From Candidatus Bathyarchaeota archaeon (GTDB taxonomy: Archaea > Thermoproteota > Bathyarchaeia > TCS64), in the NCBI GenBank assembly GCA_043826455.1, contig JBDRQD010000061.1:1-37630 (forward strand): a stretch of DNA of 37,630 nt, written 5' to 3'. The notes under the pieces were generated by a model. It was not told the origin of the DNA. It worked only from the letters and a program-made list of their open reading frames with translations, and made no database searches. Below, one piece after another: positions 8,895-18,313 of the stretch. The translations under genes were made by a program, and so were the position numbers. The stretch's first letter is position 1; each line of letters begins with the position of its first letter.

Positions 8895-10725
8895 CCTGGT
8901 CCCTCAGCTTCTCAACCGTGCTCTCAGCCGCCTCCAATGAAGGCTCCGACCTTTGGCCCCCATAATACCAGCGCTCATAGAGCTCACTTATCCCTGCAAA
9001 GATGGAGTACACTGAGCCCACAAGCCCAGGTTTAGCTGCCCTAAGGTACTCCCTTATCGTGTAGCTGGGTTGAAGACGCACACCGGTTACCCGGCTCACA
9101 AGCTCAACCGCTCTAATGTACAGCCCAGGCAAAGCATGGTAAACCACAGGCTCGACCACAGGAGCCTGTTGCTGCATGAGCGTCCCTGCAATTGGTTGCG
9201 CTGTTCTTCTTCTGTGAACAGCGGCGAACCCCAGGAAGGGCAGCGCCACTGCCATGACTGTGTTGATGAGAATAAAATCCGAGGAGAGGGTCTTCGCCTG
9301 TATCCAAGGTTCCCTCGGAGCCGCCACAACCTCAAGGGTCTGTCTCGACGACGGAGTCAAGACTCCAGTAGTGCACCCGATGGAAAACTCCCCGTTTTCG
9401 TCTGAAAAAACGTCATAGACTTTTTCCCCCATCTTTATCGTTACCGAGCATCCTTGCAGAGGAGCCCCCTCAGACCTCACCTCGCCGGTGATCACTGCGT
9501 CCTGACCTGAAAACACCAGGAACGGCTTCTCGACAGCGACCTCCAAGGGCATGCGAGTGACCTGGACCCTGTGCACAGCCGAGGCAGGCCCAACGGTGCC
9601 CTGCGCCACGGATGACACAGTGATCTGGGTTAATCCCTCCTCGGCAGCTTCAGGTGTGAACAAATTGACTATGAAACCTCCGTTATTACCGCTAACCACT
9701 GAATGTGTGGAGCCCAGATACCTCACACTAACAGTCGCTCTTCCCAACGGCGAGGACAAGTGGCTTAAAGCACCTCTCAACTGGAAGCCTCTGCCAGGAT
9801 AGACAACACCCGGAGCCTCCACCAACAGCAATGGAGTACTATAAGTGGGGCTCAGATAGACAGTGTTAGAGACCGATGGAATGTATAGGCCGCGGTCTCC
9901 AGCACTTGGCCAGTACTCAGCCCGAAGCCTCAGGCTCTCTACATACCTATAAGGCACTCTTAAAGAGTACCCGAGCTCTCCGCCCAGATCAGTCTCAGCT
10001 TCCCCGACAATTGAACCCTCAAGGTAGAACCTGACCACCCTCCCCCCAACCCCCATCCCCGCCGAACCAATGAGGTTTCCCGTAACCCTGGTAACGGAGC
10101 CCACCACCGGCCTAGCATCGCTGACGGCTATACCCAGGAAGGTCTCCTCAAGCCTCATGGCCTTGATGAGCTCAACCTCCTCGAAGCCCTCCAGGATCCT
10201 GGCGTTCAGCTCATCGATGAGTCGGTTTAAGCTATCAACGCACTCAAGGAGTCTCCCCGGAGAGTAACGAAGAACACTGGCCAACAACCCGGAGACTGAG
10301 TCAAGATTATCCGCCGTCCCGTTAGCTGCCTTCAATTGACGGCCCGACACGATGAGAGACTCCTCGGCTAGGGCCTCCCTCAGCCACCTGAGGTGCTCAA
10401 ACGCCTCAGTCAAGCCTCCTTCTGTCTGATTTAGATCATTAATAACAGAGACTAACAGAAGGTTGTACTGGCTCAGAACTTTCAGGGTGCTTGCAGGAGC
10501 CGCAACGTCTTCTGCTAATGCCAGCAGCTGCCTTGCCCCCGCGTAGTCACTAACCGCGATATACCCATAGATCTGGCTGTAGAGCTCAAAGAGTTGAAGT
10601 GGGTTAGGGTTTTCCAGGGTAAGCTGGGTGGGGTCCACGTGGCGGGGGTAATCCACGCAATAAGCCACACCATTGCCTGACAGAGTCAGTGAAACCAGGA
10701 GCGCCAATAGAAGCCGGCTCCTCAT
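8875..10725 (-). CDS. Secreted/membrane-anchored protein with Ig-like repeats and C-terminal DUF4129-like domain
   Basis: Signal peptide from ATG 10725 (MRSRLLLALL..., ATGA overlap with upstream stop), helical region, three beta-rich repeats, TM helix, then PSYTIREY...ELYERWYYG. Confidence 0.72.
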   Translation of the reverse strand: MRSRLLLALLVSLTLSGNGVAYCVDYPRHVDPTQLTLENPNPLQLFELYSQIYGYIAVSDYAGARQLLALAEDVAAPASTLKVLSQYNLLLVSVINDLNQTEGGLTEAFEHLRWLREALAEESLIVSGRQLKAANGTADNLDSVSGLLASVLRYSPGRLLECVDSLNRLIDELNARILEGFEEVELIKAMRLEETFLGIAVSDARPVVGSVTRVTGNLIGSAGMGVGGRVVRFYLEGSIVGEAETDLGGELGYSLRVPYRYVESLRLRAEYWPSAGDRGLYIPSVSNTVYLSPTYSTPLLLVEAPGVVYPGRGFQLRGALSHLSSPLGRATVSVRYLGSTHSVVSGNNGGFIVNLFTPEAAEEGLTQITVSSVAQGTVGPASAVHRVQVTRMPLEVAVEKPFLVFSGQDAVITGEVRSEGAPLQGCSVTIKMGEKVYDVFSDENGEFSIGCTTGVLTPSSRQTLEVVAAPREPWIQAKTLSSDFILINTVMAVALPFLGFAAVHRRRTAQPIAGTLMQQQAPVVEPVVYHALPGLYIRAVELVSRVTGVRLQPSYTIREYLRAAKPGLVGSVYSIFAGISELYERWYYGGQRSEPSLEAAESTVEKLRDQVEQGSA

Positions 10726-10961
10726 CTGAGTATCTCCCATATCTTCTGTAACACGATGACGCAAAAGACCATGAATAGGGTCCCACCCACCACGTCGAAG
10801 AAACGTTTCCTCGGCTGGAAGAGGGCTGAGGCGGCGAAGTAGCAGACGGTAAAGAGGCTCACGTAGACGTCGAGGCGGGCCTCGCCCAGCGCCGACAGAG
10901 ACACTACCGTGGCCATAAGCAGCCCACCTAAAGCGACCACATACTGCTTCTGTTTATCCAG
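10722..10961 (-). CDS. Small membrane protein (about 3 TM); start uncertain
   Basis: C-terminal 79 codons of track ORF 10722..11093 fill the gap between neighbours; possible starts CTG 10961, GTG 10940, ATG 10916; RLDVYVSLF motif. Confidence 0.65.
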   Translation of the reverse strand: MDKQKQYVVALGGLLMATVVSLSALGEARLDVYVSLFTVCYFAASALFQPRKRFFDVVGGTLFMVFCVIVLQKIWEILR

Positions 10962-11676
10962 AAGAAGACACCCAAAAGTATCCGAGAGTATTGTCACCTG
11001 AGGCCTCCTCGCCCCTATAATAGACAGGGCTGCGAAGCGCATGAGCCAGCACGCAGCCAGCCACACCGACAGCGTAGGAGCCAAGGCACTCATTCACCCG
11101 GGGATACTCTGAAGCCGCGCGGGGTTTACCCAGCTCAATCACGGCCTCTCCACCCCTCCGAACAAACTTGACGTACTCCGCCGCCTCGATGAAGTCAACG
11201 AGAACATGGTTTAACGCATCTTCTGCCCCCACCTCCTCAGTAAGCTGCGAGAGCCTCACCGCCTCCGAGCCGGGAGGGAACACGGTGACTCCCCTAACGC
11301 CCCCAGCCTCAGTTAGCACCCTCACAGGAACCCGGTCGGGGTTGATGGCTTCGAGGTCCGCGTTCTCCTGAACCGGTATGAAGGCGTAGACCCGCCCCTC
11401 ATTGGGTGGCAGGTACACCGCTTTCCCCTTAACATCGAACTCCTCCAGCAGGGCCTCCACGTTCACCAGGCTGCCCTCCATCATGGCCCTCACCTGGTGC
11501 TTGGGCACCGGGCTACCTGGCACCATTAACAGCGTGGAGCCTACGATGATGCACGCCAGGCCGAGGGCCGTCAAGGGCACGCTCAGCAACACCAGGTACG
11601 AGTAGGATGAGAACACAGCCCCGAAGGATAGGTGGGATAGCCCAAGTAGCTGATACCTGTCCAGAGCCAAGGTCAC
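10954..11676 (-). CDS. Hypothetical membrane protein (2 N-terminal TM plus soluble domain)
   Basis: 240 aa ORF, GTGA overlap with upstream stop, KAVYLPP and FPPG motifs. Confidence 0.75.
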   Translation of the reverse strand: MTLALDRYQLLGLSHLSFGAVFSSYSYLVLLSVPLTALGLACIIVGSTLLMVPGSPVPKHQVRAMMEGSLVNVEALLEEFDVKGKAVYLPPNEGRVYAFIPVQENADLEAINPDRVPVRVLTEAGGVRGVTVFPPGSEAVRLSQLTEEVGAEDALNHVLVDFIEAAEYVKFVRRGGEAVIELGKPRAASEYPRVNECLGSYAVGVAGCVLAHALRSPVYYRGEEASGDNTLGYFWVSSSG

Positions 11677-12227
11677 TCAATCGTCTTGAGGGCTAACACG
11701 TGGTACTGGTACTTCCGGAACACAGCCGCCAAACCCAGCGCCAAAGTCAGGAAAGTGATGGCAACTGTTATGGGGTCTAGCCTGATACCCCATGGAGTAT
11801 AGTTTAACACGAAACCCGTTAACGGGGTTAGGGCCAAGCTCAGCCCAACCGATAACGCGAGCCTTTCCAGCTCCTCAAGCTCAGACCTCTGCGGATACAG
11901 CGCCTCGATGAGGGCGTAGCCCGGTAGGTACAGGCTAGTCAGGAAACCCATCAGCACCCTTAACCAGGTGAACGGAGGCACCTGCGGAAGCAGGTAGATC
12001 GACGCAAACATGGTTACCAGGGCAGCAAAGACCAGCCAGTACCATGCGCTGTTAAAAGAAAGCAAGTAGCTCAGAAAAGACTTTGGCGGGTGAGGGTCAA
12101 CTAACTTGATCTCCCCTCTCTCAGCCTTCTCCCATATCTGGGCCGCGGCCTCCTCAGGGGTCACCCCGTGTTCTTCAGCCATCTCAGCGGCTAAGCCGCT
12201 TACAGTGAGCCGCAGGTTCTTGCTCAA
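11673..12227 (-). CDS. DUF1616-like membrane protein (TM part)
   Basis: LYLPGYALIEALYP...LERLALSVGLSLAL...LNYTPWGIRL. Confidence 0.82.
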   Translation of the reverse strand: MSKNLRLTVSGLAAEMAEEHGVTPEEAAAQIWEKAERGEIKLVDPHPPKSFLSYLLSFNSAWYWLVFAALVTMFASIYLLPQVPPFTWLRVLMGFLTSLYLPGYALIEALYPQRSELEELERLALSVGLSLALTPLTGFVLNYTPWGIRLDPITVAITFLTLALGLAAVFRKYQYHVLALKTIE

Positions 12228-12228
12228 G

Positions 12229-12717
12229 CTACGAGGGCTCCGTGACGTTCAGCCACAGCTGAACCCATACTCCATCGTAGACGAACCTGCCCTCATCTGG
12301 ACTATACTTCTGTAGCTCGAACACCAGCCTCCGGTTCAAACCAGGCTCCTTCACACTGATCACAATAGACCGAGTATAGTTAGCCTCGTTATCCAAGACA
12401 TGCCGGTAACTGGAGAGGACCGCCCCCGGGTAAGACTCAGAGTCGCTGACGTTCATAGACCTGTCACCCAGCTTCACCTGCACCTGGTAGTAAGTGGGCC
12501 GCCTCTCATGGTTACCCAGGTACAGGTAGAGGCTCATGTCCTCCCCCGCCTCCACCTCCCGGGGGTAGCCTCCCAGCTTCATGCCGGGGCCCAGGACGCC
12601 CAGCTCGCTGAAGGGCTCCACGATCCTGTCCCCGAGAATTATGGGGGCCACCGTCAGCGCCGCGTAGGCCAGCAACGCAAGGATCACGGCCCCCTGTATC
12701 TTCTCATCTATCCGCAT
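12229..12717 (-). CDS. DUF1616-like protein (extracellular Ig-like part)
   Basis: TM followed by EPFSELGVLGP...YPRE...LYLGNHE...RLVFEL...QLWLNVT. Confidence 0.8.
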   Translation of the reverse strand: MRIDEKIQGAVILALLAYAALTVAPIILGDRIVEPFSELGVLGPGMKLGGYPREVEAGEDMSLYLYLGNHERRPTYYQVQVKLGDRSMNVSDSESYPGAVLSSYRHVLDNEANYTRSIVISVKEPGLNRRLVFELQKYSPDEGRFVYDGVWVQLWLNVTEPS

Positions 12718-13108
12718 ACTCTACCAGCCAGCCGCCTCTTACCCTGAGCCACCTACTCCAGAACAGCCTCGGTAGGTGCCTCCAGGACGCGTAGACAAGA
12801 ACCCCAACGAGGGCCACCTGCGCGCTGGTGACCACTAAAAGATTGTTCCGCGCCTCGGCGCTCCTGGCGGTCTCCTCGGCGGTGAGTGCGAGAACCGTGT
12901 CCAGACGAGCGATGACGACATCTGGGTCCTCCCCAGTCTCATACTCGGCCAAGGCCTCGTTCAGCAGTTCCACCAGGTAGCCCACCTCACCGTGGCTCTC
13001 CGACGCCGCCCTCACCGCCATGTAGGCCTCACCCATCCTCTGATCCACCTGGCTTTCATCAGTCTGCGCCAGGGCGAAGCCCCCGCATAGAAACACCAGG
13101 AGCAGCAA
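12704..13108 (-). CDS. Hypothetical secreted/membrane-anchored helical protein
   Basis: Signal-like N-terminus, helical body, C-terminal TM plus basic/aromatic tail; overlaps downstream start. Confidence 0.7.
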   Translation of the reverse strand: MLLLVFLCGGFALAQTDESQVDQRMGEAYMAVRAASESHGEVGYLVELLNEALAEYETGEDPDVVIARLDTVLALTAEETARSAEARNNLLVVTSAQVALVGVLVYASWRHLPRLFWSRWLRVRGGWLVEYADR

Positions 13109-13124
13109 GGCGTAACCTTTGACT

Positions 13125-13493
13125 CTACCCAGAGGCCTGCTTCCACCCCGCCGGGTTATTATAGTTGTTGACTGCCAGCAGCCTAGCGAACGAGTCCGTC
13201 CCCCATCTGAGGGCCTCCTCGTTGCCGAAGCTCAACGCCACCTTTATTATTTCCACGAGCTTCCTGGACCCATACTCCTCCAGGTGTCTGGTGAACGCGC
13301 TCTCTAAGGCATCCCGAAGCTTGACCAGGATCTTGGAGATCTCCCTCATCAGCGTAGGACTCTTCACACCCCCCACCACACTGATGGTTAGGTTTACGAT
13401 ACCTCTCTCGATCCCGTCGAGGACCTTGTACCAGACGCGTCTCCTCAGAGCGGTGCCTCTAACCTCTCTGAGCTGCTCCTCAGAAACAAACAA
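13125..13493 (-). CDS. Hypothetical soluble protein, first gene of the operon
   Basis: 122 aa basic helical ORF (ALRRRVWYKVLDGIERGIVNLTI) directly after a BRE/TATA. Confidence 0.75.
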   Translation of the reverse strand: MFVSEEQLREVRGTALRRRVWYKVLDGIERGIVNLTISVVGGVKSPTLMREISKILVKLRDALESAFTRHLEEYGSRKLVEIIKVALSFGNEEALRWGTDSFARLLAVNNYNNPAGWKQASG

Positions 13494-13524
13494 TCTTAGT
13501 GTTATATTTTTTAATCATTAACAG

Positions 13525-13540
13525 TATATTAATTTTTTCT
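13525..13540 (-). promoter_or_regulatory. BRE/TATA promoter of the minus-strand operon
   Basis: Minus strand reads AGAAAAAATTAATATA about 30 nt upstream of TTG 13493. Confidence 0.55.
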
Positions 13541-13835
13541 TTCATATAAAACTACATAATTATGGGTTTCTTCATACTCTATGCTTATTCCATTGATTTT
13601 CCTAGATACATTCCAAATAAACCGGAGACTAAACAAAGATACCCCCCACCACTAATACCGTTATAACATTCAAATAAAACTAATCCATGAAATGGTCATG
13701 ATGTTACATTAAAATACGTCATAACATAGGCTACGAGTTTAACTCACCTAACCACTGCCGAAACATGATAAAACATGTAGACTTAACAGGGATAGGCTCA
13801 CCAAGAAAACCCAGCATCCGACCAACCGGAACAGA

Positions 13836-13887
13836 TTTAGCTAAAAGCAATCCAAAAAAACTCACATTCTACCCAGCCACCGTCATC
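13836..13887 (+). repeat. Dispersed intergenic element, copy 1
   Basis: 40/52 ungapped identity (hand alignment) to the reverse complement of 36122..36173; begins with palindrome TTTAGCTAAA. Confidence 0.75.
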
Positions 13888-13975
13888 TGCAACCACACAG
13901 ACACCCGAAAACACCCCATACAACCGGGAAGACTGGTATCAAAGCACACCAATCTTAACGCATGAAAAAGACACG

Positions 13976-14731
13976 TTGGCTCTGATGCCCCGAGGCGGCA
14001 GTCTCTGGCTCGCAGCCAGAGCAACCCTGTTCATGCTGATAGCCCTGGCAGCCATCTCCTACCTGGACGTCCGCACCAAGCAGACGAGCCAGAACGTGAA
14101 GAGAGCCGCGGTAGTTGACCCCCTGTACCCCGACGACCCGGGGTACCACCACGAGATGAAGGCCCTCCTAGCCGCCTGCGGGTACAAGGTGGACAGTTTC
14201 AAGGGCGAGGAGGTCACCCCTGAACGGCTCAGGAAGCTGGACGCCTACAGCGTCGTGGTCCTCCGGGTGCACAGCACCTGCAACCAGGACATGATCTGGT
14301 TCTTCACAGGCGAGGCCTACAGCCCCGACAAGTATGTCCTGGAGCAGATGGCCGACGAGGTCCACAAAGCCAGGCCCAGCCTCAGCCAACAGTACCTGTT
14401 CGCCGTCGGCTCCGACTACGTGCGCCACTTCATGAAAGACAAGCTCAGCGGCGCCCTGGTGATCCTCATGGGCTGCGACGGCCTGGCCGCCACAGACCTG
14501 GCAGAGGCCTTCCTGGAAGGAGGCGCCGCAGCCTACGTGAGCTGGGACGGACCCGTAGGCCTCGAGCACACCGACGAGGCCACCCTCTGCCTGCTGGAGG
14601 CACTGATCGCGCAGCGCATGACCCTGGGGCAAGCCGTGGCCCACACCAACACACTCATAGGCCCCGACCCAGACTACGGGTCCAGCCTCCTCGTCTACCC
14701 GGAGGAGGCGGCGAGCCACAGGGTGGGGTGA
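13976..14731 (+). CDS. Membrane-anchored CHAT/caspase-hemoglobinase-fold (clan CD) protease-like protein
   Basis: N-terminal TM; VVVLRVHS (His99), LVILMGC (Cys167), LAEAFLEGGAAAYVSWDGPV, TLGQA; start may be ATG 13985. Confidence 0.65.
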   Translation: MALMPRGGSLWLAARATLFMLIALAAISYLDVRTKQTSQNVKRAAVVDPLYPDDPGYHHEMKALLAACGYKVDSFKGEEVTPERLRKLDAYSVVVLRVHSTCNQDMIWFFTGEAYSPDKYVLEQMADEVHKARPSLSQQYLFAVGSDYVRHFMKDKLSGALVILMGCDGLAATDLAEAFLEGGAAAYVSWDGPVGLEHTDEATLCLLEALIAQRMTLGQAVAHTNTLIGPDPDYGSSLLVYPEEAASHRVG

Positions 14732-14836
14732 GGCCCGGATGAGAAGTATTTTTAAATAGGCTCCATGTTGAAAGGTGGTAGAACGCACAGCGTAGCAATA
14801 GCTTAAACTGTGTAAAAAACAATAGGCGAAAAATGA

Positions 14837-15067
14837 ATGATAGTCCCAGTTCGGTGCTTCTCGTGCGGGAAGGTCATAGGCGACAAGTGGGAGGACTTCA
14901 ACAGCCGCGTGGAGGCAGGCGAGAACCCAGCCGAGGTGCTCAACGACCTGGGCGTCACCAGGTACTGCTGCCGCCGGATGCTCCTGTCCCACGTCGAGAT
15001 AATAGACGAGGTCATGAAGTTCTACCAGGCTAAGGAGAGCCCCGATCTCAGAGGAGGTAAAACTTGA
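14837..15067 (+). CDS. rpoN: DNA-directed RNA polymerase subunit N (Rpo10)
   Basis: [12 protein letters not shown]...[12 protein letters not shown]. Confidence 0.98.
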   Translation: MIVPVRCFSCGKVIGDKWEDFNSRVEAGENPAEVLNDLGVTRYCCRRMLLSHVEIIDEVMKFYQAKESPDLRGGKT

Positions 15068-15678
15068 TGGAAGTCGAAGTAAACGAGAACCTACTCCTAC
15101 CCCAGGAAATACTACTCAGCGCGGGCGTCCACATAGGTACCCGCATCAAGACCAAGGACATGGAACCCTTCATATACAAGGTGCGCCCCGACGGCCTCTT
15201 CGTCCTCGACATGGAGCAGATGAACGAGCGCATCAAGGTGGCCGCCAAGTTCCTGTCCAGAACGGACCTCACCAAGGTCTGCGTGGCCAGCAGCAAACGC
15301 TACGGACGCAGCCCCGTGGAGAAGTTCTGCCAGGTCCTAGGCTGCAAGGCCTACACGGGCAGGTTCACCAGCGGCACCTTCACCAACCCCAAGTACTCCG
15401 AGTACTACGAGCCCAGCGTGGTCATCGTCACGGACAGCCTGGCAGACCAACAGATAGTGGAGGAGGCGTCCCAGATAGGTGTGACAGTCATAGCGCTGTG
15501 CAGCACAGACAACAGCCTCACGAACGTGGACCTGGTGATACCCGTCAACAACAAGGGCCGCAGAAGCCTTGCCATAGCATACTGGCTCCTGGCCCGCGAG
15601 ATACTCAGAGAGAGAGGCACCCTCCCGGCGACAGGGGAGTTCGGAGCAACCATCGAGGACTTCGAGACAACCCTATAG
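15067..15678 (+). CDS. rps2: 30S ribosomal protein uS2
   Basis: LSAGVHIGT, RPDGLFVLD, GRFTSGTFTNP, IPVNNKGRRSLA; ATG overlaps rpoN TGA. Confidence 0.97.
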   Translation: MEVEVNENLLLPQEILLSAGVHIGTRIKTKDMEPFIYKVRPDGLFVLDMEQMNERIKVAAKFLSRTDLTKVCVASSKRYGRSPVEKFCQVLGCKAYTGRFTSGTFTNPKYSEYYEPSVVIVTDSLADQQIVEEASQIGVTVIALCSTDNSLTNVDLVIPVNNKGRRSLAIAYWLLAREILRERGTLPATGEFGATIEDFETTL

Positions 15679-15688
15679 GTGACCACCC

Positions 15689-16531
15689 TTGAGCGTCAGG
15701 CGCCCAGCGGTCGCAGGGGCCTTCTACCCTGCCCAGCCTGAACGCCTCAGACAACAGATCGAGACTTGTTTTACCCACGAGCGGGGCCCTGGCAGGCTCC
15801 CCCAAAAAGCGGGTGACGCCAGAGACATAGTATCAGTGGTGTGCCCCCACGCCGGGTACGTGTACTCCGGGCCCTCCGCCGCCCACAGCTACCTGGCGTT
15901 GGCCGAGCAGAGGAAGCCCGACACCGTCATAGTCATAGGCCCCAACCACACCGGGTGGGGTACGCCGGTATCCATGATGAGCGAGGGCGCCTGGGAGACG
16001 CCCCTCGGAAGAGTGGCCCTGGACACAGAGGTGGCGAAGGCCATCTTCAACCAGTCGGGAGTGATAGACATCGACGATACAGCCTTCACCCGAGAGCACA
16101 GCGTGGAGGTCCAGGTGCCCTTCCTCCAGTACATCTACGGCGACTTCAAGCTGGTGCCCATATGCATGGGGTACCAGGACCTGGAGACCAGCCGCGAGGT
16201 GGGCGAGGCCATACACAAGGCGACCGAGGGCAGGAACGTGGTTATAGTCGCCTCAACGGACCTAACCCACATGGAGCCCCAGCAGTCCGCCAACAGGAAG
16301 GACCGCATGGTGATAGACGCCGTGCTCGCCATGGACGAGGAGAGACTGCAGAAGGTGGTGCACGATAATAGGATAACCACCTGTGGCTACGGCCCCGTGT
16401 CAGCCACACTGGCTGCCTCCAAGCTGAAAAACGCCAAGAGAGTAGAATTACTTTCATACTATACCAGCGGAGACATAATAGGGGACTACGGCGCCGTCGT
16501 AGGGTACGCCGCCGCCAAGATAACCAGGTAA
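15689..16531 (+). CDS. amrB: MEMO1 family protein (AmmeMemoRadiSam protein B)
   Basis: RRPAVAGAFYP, PHAGYVYSG, GPNHTG, EHSVEVQVPFLQ, ASTDLTH, CGYGP. Confidence 0.95.
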   Translation: MSVRRPAVAGAFYPAQPERLRQQIETCFTHERGPGRLPQKAGDARDIVSVVCPHAGYVYSGPSAAHSYLALAEQRKPDTVIVIGPNHTGWGTPVSMMSEGAWETPLGRVALDTEVAKAIFNQSGVIDIDDTAFTREHSVEVQVPFLQYIYGDFKLVPICMGYQDLETSREVGEAIHKATEGRNVVIVASTDLTHMEPQQSANRKDRMVIDAVLAMDEERLQKVVHDNRITTCGYGPVSATLAASKLKNAKRVELLSYYTSGDIIGDYGAVVGYAAAKITR

Positions 16532-16540
16532 GTGACTCAT

Positions 16541-17557
16541 ATGCAAGCTGAGGCTACGGCACCGGGAAAGATGATACTCTTCGGAGAGCACAGCGTCGTC
16601 TACAGGGGACAGGCCATCGTACTTGCCATAGATCGCCGAGCACGGGTCACTGCCCAGAAACGGGACGACAGGAAGATCTTCATAGACGCCGACAACCTGG
16701 GGTTTAGCGGCTACTTCGAGGGAGACGTCTACTACCCCGTAAGGGGGAAGGTTTGGAGGGGACGAAACCTGGCGGCCCTGAACGTGGCCACCAGGAAGAC
16801 CATGGAATACCTAGGCGTGGAGGCCGGGGTCAACCTGAAGGTGCGGTCCATGATACCCATCGCCGTGGGCCTCGGCAGCTCTGCTGCTATATGCGTGGCC
16901 ACCGTGGGGGCCGTACAACACCTCTTCGAGGCGGGCCTATCGAAGGAGGACATCTCTAAGCTAGCCTTCGAGGGGGAGACCATCATCCACGGCAAGCCTA
17001 GTGGCGTAGACAACAACGTAAGCACCTTTGGGGGCGTCATGAGCTACGAACGAGGCTCAGGGTTCAAGCACCACAAGGTGGAGGGCGCCATGCCCTTCAT
17101 CATCGGGGACACCATGCGTAAAAGGTCCACCAGGATGATGGTGGAGAATGTGGCGGCCCTCAGGGAGAGGAACCCCGCCGTCGTTGACAGGATCATAGAC
17201 TCCATGAGCGACTTATCCGCCCAAGGGCTGGAAGCACTGCTGAAGAAAGACCTCCACAGGGTCGGGGACCTCATGAACATCAACCACGGCCTCCTCTCAG
17301 CATTAGGTGTCTCCACCATGAAGCTGGAGAGCCTCATCCACACATCCAGGAAGAACGGCGCCCTCGGGGCGAAGCTCACAGGGGCCGGTGGAGGCGGCTG
17401 CATGATAGCCGTGGCCGAGGACAAGGACCTATCCATCGTGGAAAAGGCCATCAGGCGACGGAAAAGCGAGTCCTACAGGGTGACCCTCACCGACCGAGGC
17501 GTCGAGACCAAGTGGATCGAGGAACACGACGCAAGTATGGCGACTTCAAACCAATAG
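16541..17557 (+). CDS. mvk: Mevalonate kinase
   Basis: APGKMILFGEHSVVY, IPIAVGLGSSAA, HGKPSGVD, GAKLTGAGGGGC. Confidence 0.95.
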   Translation: MQAEATAPGKMILFGEHSVVYRGQAIVLAIDRRARVTAQKRDDRKIFIDADNLGFSGYFEGDVYYPVRGKVWRGRNLAALNVATRKTMEYLGVEAGVNLKVRSMIPIAVGLGSSAAICVATVGAVQHLFEAGLSKEDISKLAFEGETIIHGKPSGVDNNVSTFGGVMSYERGSGFKHHKVEGAMPFIIGDTMRKRSTRMMVENVAALRERNPAVVDRIIDSMSDLSAQGLEALLKKDLHRVGDLMNINHGLLSALGVSTMKLESLIHTSRKNGALGAKLTGAGGGGCMIAVAEDKDLSIVEKAIRRRKSESYRVTLTDRGVETKWIEEHDASMATSNQ

Positions 17558-18036
17558 CAGCTCAGCAGCCACACGGGAGATTTTTATAATATTTTAGAAC
17601 CAGAGCTGCTGATTAAAGAGTGCAACATATACGTTTATTATATTAAAGGGGTCTCTGTCGCCTTATGTTTCAGGACGCGTCATTTTACATCTTCTTGTTA
17701 AATCGCCTCCAACATCATAACATCCCTAAAATATGCGACAAAAACCTCGTTTTCGATGGTATAACAAGCTAAAACGGTAAGTCATTACACCGGCGTTTGA
17801 GCATTCTATGAAATCATCAATGATTTGAAGGCCACATTTCAAATGCTCTCAATTCATGAAAACAATCTTTCATGTAGTCATAGATAGCTAACAACCCAAA
17901 AAAATAATAACTAAAATGTAAATTATCAATGACGAGAAAGCGAATAATACAGTAATAATGCAATTCATGTGCTCATTCCCGATTCTCAGTCCACAACCGG
18001 AATAAGCCTAGCCATCGATCACTGAAACGAGGAACA

Positions 18037-18195
18037 ATGGACTCCTTCGAAATAATGTGGTATAACGAGAAGTTAAGGGAGAAAAATGCTTCCTACAACA
18101 AAACAGAGCCAAAAAGAGAAATACTTCTTGAGGTGGCCCGAAACAGAAGCGAGATAGTCCAAGCACTTAGAAAACTTCCTGATAAATCAAAATAA
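18037..18195 (+). CDS. Putative small protein (52 aa)
   Basis: Below track cutoff: MDSFEIMWYNEKLREKNASYNKTEPKREILLEVARNRSEIVQALRKLPDKSK, preceded by GAGGAACA; purine-rich coding-like strand in an AT-rich spacer. Confidence 0.45.
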   Translation: MDSFEIMWYNEKLREKNASYNKTEPKREILLEVARNRSEIVQALRKLPDKSK

Positions 18196-18296
18196 GATGA
18201 TTTAATGAGGAAGACTCCCCTCTCACTTAATATTCTCTAAAGTAACTATTGACCACCAAATCGATGTCAGAAATAGTATAGCTCACAACGGTCCCC

Positions 18297-18313
18297 TTTT
18301 TTTTAAAAAAAAA
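18297..18313. terminator. T8/A9 tract, candidate bidirectional oligo-U terminator
   Basis: TTTTTTTTAAAAAAAAA between the small ORF and TBP. Confidence 0.35.

Noticed and set aside
13765..13965. 66-aa ORF covering repeat copy 1 (LAKSNPKKLTFYPATVI versus LAKCNSKNITFFHAAVI in copy 2)
   Set aside because: Substitutions look partly conservative, but the matching frame in copy 2 has an upstream stop and no start, and C/A-rich strands lack stops by composition; not called as CDS
14770..14800. GGTGGTAGAACGC fragment resembling a tRNA D arm upstream of rpoN
   Set aside because: No acceptor stem, anticodon arm or T loop can be built
14168..14992. 274-aa minus-strand ORF
   Set aside because: Antisense shadow of the CHAT-like gene and rpoN caused by GC-rich third positions; no motifs
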